Assembly: GCA_964019335.1 (NCBI GenBank)
Contig: OZ025741.1
Span: 248,001 to 312,000 of the forward strand
Origin: Diplonema japonicum
Taxonomy: Eukaryota; Protista; Euglenozoa: Diplonemea
Direction of reading: 5' to 3'
Length of the DNA: 64,000 nucleotides
Both the position numbers and the translations under genes were made by a program. How positions within the stretch are numbered: position 1 is the first letter of the stretch; every line of letters starts with the position of its first letter. The notes beneath the pieces were generated by a model, which worked only from the letters and a program-made list of their open reading frames with translations, searched no databases and was not told the origin of the DNA. This document shows positions 57,318 to 64,000 of this stretch, piece after piece.

Positions 57318-58753
57318 CTGTAAAACAAAAAATCACCGGAAGATAAAATGTCCGGAAGCTCTGGCGGTCCGGATATTTTTTTCTTCCGGACATTTTTTTC
57401 CTGGGACCCCCCTTTTTTTTTAAAGGGCTGGACCCGAAAACAGATGAAACTAGTGTCTGTAGCAAGAGAAAATCAAACGAAAATCAAAGAATTGAATTAC
57501 GGACTTTTCCAGATCCTGATTGTTCACTTCTACCACAAGCTTGTTGAACCGAACCACTTCTTGCTTGCTTTAGGGTTGTTCTTGTGCTTTGCGGGTTTGC
57601 GTCATGGAGCCAATGTCCAGTATATCAGACGGGAAGCACCGCTTTGGTAGCTCCAAGGTCGATCCCCCTGCCGCACCCGTTACTGCGGGCCGCAAGCCTC
57701 TTCTGAACAAGGAAGAAACAACAAAGCTCTTTGTTTGGATCCAGGTGCAGAACGGAAGGGGGGTGCCGGTAGCAGCGTCGGGCATCTGCCTGTATGCAGA
57801 GGGCCAACCAGCTGTGCCCCAAGCATGGCATCACAAGACGCCGCCCAACAATAGGGAAGTCTAGCAGCCCCAAAGACACCCAAGCAGCGAGGAGGTTCAC
57901 ATGGATCAGGCCGGTTGACCTGAAACATGGACCAGCTGCTGCCACTGGGAAGAAGACGAAAAGGGGTCCCAAGGTTGTCAAGGTTATCTGTTAGGGATTT
58001 GGGACAAGCGCGCCGTCACCGGACAGTTTTGCGTTTCCCTGTCTGGCAAACTGCACCCGCGGTTTTGTATATCGAAATCTCACTGGGCCACCCAGTAAAC
58101 GCTTCGGCTCTGGGTAAAAGATTTGTTTCTCCCCTTTGCTACAACCTCATCGATTCATCGGGCTGAGCACCCACCGAGCCCATCCTACTCATCATTGATG
58201 ACTACAATGTCCACACTACGCAGGCTTTTGTGAACTTGTTTTCAGAAACAAACGTTCACTTAGCGTTTGTCCCCCCAGACTTCACCTATTTGTGCCAGCC
58301 CAAGACTTGCTGAGGCCGAGGCCAGGCGCACTGCCAAGACTGCGAAGGCAGCAAACAAGACGGCCAGACATGCGGACGGGTTAGCCCTTTCCTCGCCCCT
58401 TTTTTAGTTTTATTGGTCGGGAAAAGTACTCTCCAACCTGCTGGGACGCAGTCATCGAAGGGTGCCTCTCACCTGAAGATCCCTTCAGTCACCTGAAGAG
58501 GCCAGCACTTGGAGGAGTCGCGAGATATGTCCTTCCCCTTTTTAGAGCATGCAGCTTTCGTCGGATTTGAATTTTATTTTTGCCGTTCTTAAGACTCTTG
58601 CAACAGAATATAAGTTTTCCAGACAGAGGGTACAGTGCGTAGGGCAGGCTAGGTACCCCCTTAGAAAAGTGCCCAAAAAAAATGTCCGGAAGAAAAAATC
58701 ACCGGATGTTTCGGCGGTCCGGATATTTTATCTGGTGGATTTTTGTTTTACAG
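57318..58753 (+). mobile_element. Degenerate pogo/Tc2-like DNA transposon
   Basis: ~80-bp imperfect TIRs starting CTGTAAAACAAAAA, TA on both sides. DDE_1-like remnant PILLIIDDYNVH...LAFVPPDFTYLCQP at ~58177-58300. Confidence 0.85.
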
Positions 58754-59494
58754 TATTTAATGATTTAATTATTAAATGAAAATCAGATAGCCTGATTTCA
58801 CGCGTGGGGTCCCCTTTTTGACTCGTTTTTTTACTTCACTCGCTTCGCCCGTGAAGTAAAATCACTCGTCAAAAAGGAGGCCCCACAAGTGAAATCATGC
58901 TCTGATTTTATTCAATACTGCATTTTATTTAATGATGAGCTGCTCTCGAAAAGAATTTAGGTGCTAAGTGTGGCTTCGCTGCTGCCTGCTTGTAGCGGCG
59001 CAATGTGCGAGTCTTTACTGAACACGGCACTGGGTTTGGTATGATCAATTCGGCGAATTGATGTTGACGTTTATGTCAAACGTGATTCTGTGCACTGCTG
59101 AAGAAGTGGGCTGTGTCGAAGGGGGCAGGACTGAAGGGGCGTGGGTTTGATCGAGTGGTAGGTGCAAAACCTCTCCCACTCCTTCTTGTAGGCTATTTTG
59201 CTTGCCGTTGGAAGCGTGTCTTCCATCACAGCTTTAGCTTCTTTCTCGAGGCTGATGCCCTTGGCTCGCTTCCCGGTCGCCTTCGGTTTTCTTCCCATTT
59301 TGCTAGAAATGACTGTGGGCGTGAAATAAAGTACCTGATTTTCACGCCCAGCAAAATCAGCAACGTTTAGCTTAAAAACATGAGGAGAACATGAGAATCA
59401 GATACTTTATTTCACGCCCAGGTCTGGGCGTGAAATAAAGTGAAACCTGATTTATATCTTCCGGCCTAAATTCTTTGAGAGAGCTGCTCAGAAT

Positions 59495-59498
<4 letters not shown>
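58754..59498 (-). mobile_element. Crypton-like element, copy C (terminal TAGCTA left at 57312-57317 by the pogo insertion)
   Basis: Long hairpin ~58770-58917 capped by TTCACTCGCTTCGCCCGTGAA; IR pair 58928-58961/59465-59498; GGGCGTGAAATAAAGT palindromes; YR N-terminus TLPTASKIAYKKEWERFC. Confidence 0.75.
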
Positions 59499-59528
<30 letters not shown>

Positions 59529-59531
<3 letters not shown>

Positions 59532-61160
59532 ACCCGTTTCACTACCAATACTGACCACACGGCATGGGGTGCCTTGGGTGCTAAGGCTCAGCGCCGAGAC
59601 TACTCGGAACTGTTTAGCTAGAGAAGGGACACTCGCAAGAGCGGCTTGGACCGCCGTTTCCTGAGCCCTGCTCGTTTTTTGCTTCTTGGTGCTAAGGAGC
59701 GTCGGGGTCCAGGTACAGTTCCCTGAGTAGTAGAATTTTTGCAACGACAGCCTGGTCCCTATTGCGGAGACAATGTCGTCAAAGGCTTCTCCTCCGATTC
59801 TATTGTTAGAGATGTCCAACACCAGAATCGAACACCTTTCTAAAAGAAGCTTCAAAAGCCGTGCCGAGTTTTGCCCCGCCGCGTTCCCAGCAATGTTCAA
59901 ATACCTCAGCCGCATCCCTTTAACAGAAACCCCGTTCAACACCGATGTCAGCAATTCTGAAACCCTCGCGTCCCCAAGATTATTATACGAAAAATCGAGG
60001 TACTCAAGGGTGCTTTGCTTTGACAGGTATTTTATCAGTCTTGAGAGCCATTCCACGCTTGTCGAAGACGGTACCCCAGGTGATTTCTCGGGGCATATGT
60101 TGCATCGGGCCAGGCTCAACCCCGACAAGCTCGAAAGTTTCATGATCTTGAGAAGCGCGGTTATTATCCGAGAAGTTATTGAGGTGCACTTTGAAGGGCA
60201 TTCGGGAAGCGTAATCATTCGAAGCTGGTCTTGGGAAGCTGCGGTAACAGAGTTAAAAGTGATCCCCGACAAAATCGAACAGGTGATCTCTTGGATGTCC
60301 GCGTGGTCAGCGTCGCAGTCTTGGCTAGCACAGGAGAAGATGGATGAAGACCGTTTTTTGGTGGGAAATGCTTTTGAAAGATTGAGGTGCCTGGTTCGCA
60401 TTCCGCTCTTCTGAAGATCTTTAAAAAGATTGCCAAGCCCTTCTGTCAACGGGACAGGGCCCTCTTCAAAGCCAACCTCTACGAAAGTAACATTTGATTT
60501 TCCCACGATTAGAGTGCTAAGATCCTGCGAAGCGGAATCGAACCAAGGATCGTCCACCTTCATTTTTTTGATCAGAATCCTTCCATAGCCTTTGAAATTC
60601 TTGGGGTTTATGTCGTTCCTTTGGAAAGCCAGCTCGTTCCGGATTCCTTCCGATGTGATTAGGTCATTCCGGGTAGCGTCTTGGAAGTCCTCCACGGGTT
60701 TGAAAATCTTGTTGTCGCCGATCTTGCCCACGACTTCTGACGGGTAGCTGTCCAGTTCTGTGTAGAACTGCAAGGACCTCGCGAGATGAAGCTCTTGCTC
60801 TCCTTTTGTCCCTAATTCAGACATTAAAACCTGCAGTGCTTCTAACGACAATTTGTTTTCTATGATACCGCCGTTTGCGATGTAGTGGCATATTAGGATC
60901 CGTTTCATGTCTTCAATCGCTTTCTCCGATGTGCAGGTTCCGTATTTGTCTTTATCATTCAGGGAATTTGATAACTTCTGAAGGCATATCTTCAGCACGT
61001 CGATGCCGTTGTCGTTGTTCTTGCGCAGCTCTTTCACGAGATCTTCTAAAAGCTGGCCTGTTTGGTGAGGGACATCCCCCGCGCTAATGATGCTGCTGCA
61101 CCGGCTCAGCGGGTTCGAGATGTAGGACTGCTCCGGCGCAAAATCCTCTATTGTACCCAT
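59529..61160 (-). CDS. RNI-like leucine-rich repeat protein, ~543 aa
   Basis: LEYLDFSYNNLGD, LRYLNIAGNAAG, ILVLDISNNRIGG. Start taken at MGTIEDF; upstream ORF text is low-complexity. Confidence 0.8.
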
Positions 61161-61172
61161 TTTCCGTGCATG

Positions 61173-61203
<31 letters not shown>

Positions 61204-61215
61204 ATGTGTAGTGCT

Positions 61216-61251
<36 letters not shown>

Positions 61252-62583
61252 AGGGTAAGTAAAGTTTGCTTCATGATTGCGGTATAAAAAAAAAAGAAAA
61301 AAAAAGAAGGAACGGGTTTGAGGGAGGAAGAAGAAACATGTTTTGTTTGCCAAGTATCACAAGGGTGCTGGGTTGGCAGCCGTGTCGAGGGGGGAAAAGT
61401 CAGCCTACTGGAGACTGAACCCGTGATGTTATTTCTTTTTTTAGCCAATACAGCCCATGCAATTACCAGTGGCAAAAAAAAAAGTGTAAATGAAGGGGAG
61501 GGGGACGGTGGTGTAAGTTGAGGAAGAGAGGAGAAAAAAAAAGGGGGGGGGAGGTTATTAGATAGAGAGGGGTTTGAGAAAGGGTTGTGGTGACGCTCTT
61601 TTTTTTTTTTTTTTTTGGTTACCCCTTTTTTTTTCCTTTCCCGTTTCGCGTCGGGGTGCGAAGGACCAAAGGAACTAAGACACAAATTCTTTTCCTTGGT
61701 GCTTCCTTCGTTTTTTCTTTTTTTTTTTTTGCTGATTCCCATGTGTTAATGCAGTTATAAAACAGAAAAACCAAATAAAATAAAAGGGAAAGTTTTTTTT
61801 CTTTCTTTTTTTTTTTTTGGGTGCTCGGTTGCAGCCTCAAAATATTCTATTTTTTCTTTCTCTCTTTCTATTTTCTTGCTTCTCCGCAAGAGGAGAAACA
61901 AAAAAAGAGAAAACCTCTGAATAAGCGATGCCCTCCTGGTATGATGCTTCAACGGCAAGTTGTTGGTCATGAATCCCCGTTTTTTGAAAGGTTTTCTCTA
62001 ATCAAAAAAGAAAAAAAAGTTTTTTTTTTTTGACTCCATGTCTTTGTTAATCGCACGGATCAAGAAACGGCTGAGAAAAGGGCAGGTGTTTCTCCCCCCA
62101 TTATCCTGCTGGCACAAGCCTACGTCAAGCCTTTATTTATTTTTATTTTTTTTTCTTGAAAAAATACAGTTTTAAAGAAATGAAAAAGAGAAAAAAAAAA
62201 AAAAAAAAAAAAAGAAATTAGTTCAGAATTCTTGTGTTTGTTTGTTTGCTTGCGTGCCTAGCCAGGATTCACATCGTGTGCCCTGAAGCGTGTAAGCTTC
62301 AAAACCTGTATAAAATCAACTAGAGCATTTTGACGAATAGGTAGATAATCGTTAATACAGAAGGGGGGGGAGAAAAAAAATATATAAAAAAAATCTTTTT
62401 TTCAATCTTTACCATTCCCCTTTACCCTTTCATTTTCTTTTTAGTCCGGCTTCGGGTGCTTAGTTGCAGCCTCAATTTTTTTTTTCCCCCCCTTTCCAAT
62501 TTTGTTATTTCTTCTTTTTTTTTTTTTCCGAAAAGAGAATGAACGAACTAAAAAAAAAGAAGAAAAAGAGTTCCGGGGAAGGG

Positions 62584-62617
<34 letters not shown>

Positions 62618-62883
62618 AAGAAAGAAAAAAAGAAAGAAAAAGAAAAATAGAAAACAAAAGAGCATATTCTTAATAAGAGAGGAAGACAAACAAAAACAAA
62701 ACCAAAAAAAAGAAAAGAAAAAGAGAGAGAGAGAGAGAGAGAGAGATAGATAGATAAATATGTAGAACGCTTAGTTGGCCCATTGGAAGGGAGGTAAGGC
62801 CACGTCCGAAGGAACTCTAAGGAGTTTAAAAAAAAAAAGAAGAAGAAGAGGAAAAGACGACCTACATTAGTAAGAATCTGCGT

Positions 62884-64000
62884 TTAATGCCCAGCACACT
62901 CACAAGCACCCACAAGAGGATTCCAAGCACATTTGTGACTGGGGTTCTCAGGGCATGCATTGCCACAGGTGTCTTTGGAGTAATCGCTACACTTGCGGGC
63001 AGGAGGTCTGCACGAGCAGCTGGACTGAGCAGCGTCCCAGTGACACGTCATGTACCGGTTCTCTGGGCACTCTTGGCCGTAGCAAGAGCCCTGCGACACG
63101 AAGGAGGAGCAACTTGCGGGCCTTTTGCACCCGCACGACCCCTCTGCCCACACACACTCCGAGTTTACATCTTCCGGGCACACACCATTACACAGCCCTT
63201 TGTATGTAATGGCTGCACAGCTCTGCGGTCTCTTCTTGGCGCATCCACAGGTTGCCATGTGAGGGCTCCACACACACTGCGAGTTGGGGTCCTCAGGGCA
63301 CATCCCTACGCAGCTCGACGGGTCACCGTAGTCAGAACACCCTTGTTTCCCACACGCACACCCGCCTTCTTCTTCGTCCCACTCGCACTGGGCAGAAGGG
63401 TTCTCAGGGCACGCCCCCAGGCAGGATTGTTTAGCCAACCCTCTGCATGTGCGCAGTGCTCTTCTGAAGCACCCGCACATGTTACGTGCCCTGTCCCAAT
63501 GGCAAAGGCTGTCAGGGTTCTCAGGGCACACCCCATGGCACTCCCCGGGTGTCGCGTGTTCGGAACATTTGTGCGCAACAGGTGCACACCGGCACGTCGC
63601 CGAGCTGCCGTCCCACTCGCATGTGCTCAGGTCGTCCTCCGGGCAGACACCCCCGCACAGTTGGGGTTCTGTAATGTCCTGGCAGCTGTCCAGTCCGTTG
63701 TCAAAGCACCCGCAGTGCCCGTGCTGCCACACGCAGAAGCTGCCCAGGTTGTCAGGGCAAACACCTCTGCACTGCTCGGCATTGGCGATGTCAGAGCAGT
63801 GCTTGATCTTTTCGGTGGGCACTGGTGTTGGGGCAGCGGTGGGTTTTTGCATGCATTCGCATTTTCCCTGTAGTTCGTGTCCATGATGATGATGATTGTG
63901 GTGCACACGCTCATAGCTCCACACGCAGTCATTGCTTGGGTCCTCTGGGCAAGTGCCTCTGCATAGCTCTTCAAAAGTGATGTCCCCACAACTGCCCAAC
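62884..64000 (-). CDS. Cysteine-rich tandem-repeat protein, probably extracellular; 5' end beyond window
   Basis: Nine ~37-40-aa units of pattern C-x6/7-C-x-G-x-CPE-x4-C-x-W-x4/6-C-x-C. Confidence 0.85.
   Translation of the reverse strand, partial: LGSCGDITFEELCRGTCPEDPSNDCVWSYERVHHNHHHHGHELQGKCECMQKPTAAPTPVPTEKIKHCSDIANAEQCRGVCPDNLGSFCVWQHGHCGCFDNGLDSCQDITEPQLCGGVCPEDDLSTCEWDGSSATCRCAPVAHKCSEHATPGECHGVCPENPDSLCHWDRARNMCGCFRRALRTCRGLAKQSCLGACPENPSAQCEWDEEEGGCACGKQGCSDYGDPSSCVGMCPEDPNSQCVWSPHMATCGCAKKRPQSCAAITYKGLCNGVCPEDVNSECVWAEGSCGCKRPASCSSFVSQGSCYGQECPENRYMTCHWDAAQSSCSCRPPARKCSDYSKDTCGNACPENPSHKCAWNPLVGACECAGH

Noticed and set aside
6495-62760. Many poly-Lys, poly-Phe, poly-Gly and poly-Pro ORFs and N-terminal extensions in the ORF track
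   Set aside because: They are translations of homopolymer spacers or introns; true starts lie after the A-tracts.

Overview
Eukaryotic nuclear DNA, most likely a euglenozoan of diplomenid/diplonemid type. This is inferred from a single-strand gene cluster that also has spliceosomal introns, a long Rsm22/mt-SAF1-type protein and an amastin/claudin-like module. All ~20 protein genes lie on the minus strand, separated by homopolymer-dominated spacers. Recognisable genes: a >1400-aa Sfi1-like repeat ORF running off the left edge (absent from the ORF track), a SPRY protein, SPT16, Oma1, a class I cyclic-nucleotide PDE, kinesin-8, two tandem secreted paralogues, a 1415-aa SLC34 Na/Pi transporter fused to a claudin-like module carrying a phytase-like domain, TPR-PDZ-like, ARM-MYND, Nudix, Rsm22, LRR and Cys-repeat proteins, and tRNA-Ala(CGC). 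Fifteen GT-AG introns were reconstructed by hand (41-61 nt once TEs are removed); most have poly(A) rather than polypyrimidine before the AG. Mobile DNA comprises a piggyBac in an SPT16 intron, a MULE, two pogo/Tc2-like elements and six pieces of a Crypton-like tyrosine-recombinase family with a terminal hairpin, element-specific inverted repeats and a TAGCTA core. Best novelty candidates: the tyrosine-recombinase elements, the SLC34-claudin-phytase-like fusion and the A-tract splice acceptors. All domain calls are by eye; no database searches were run.
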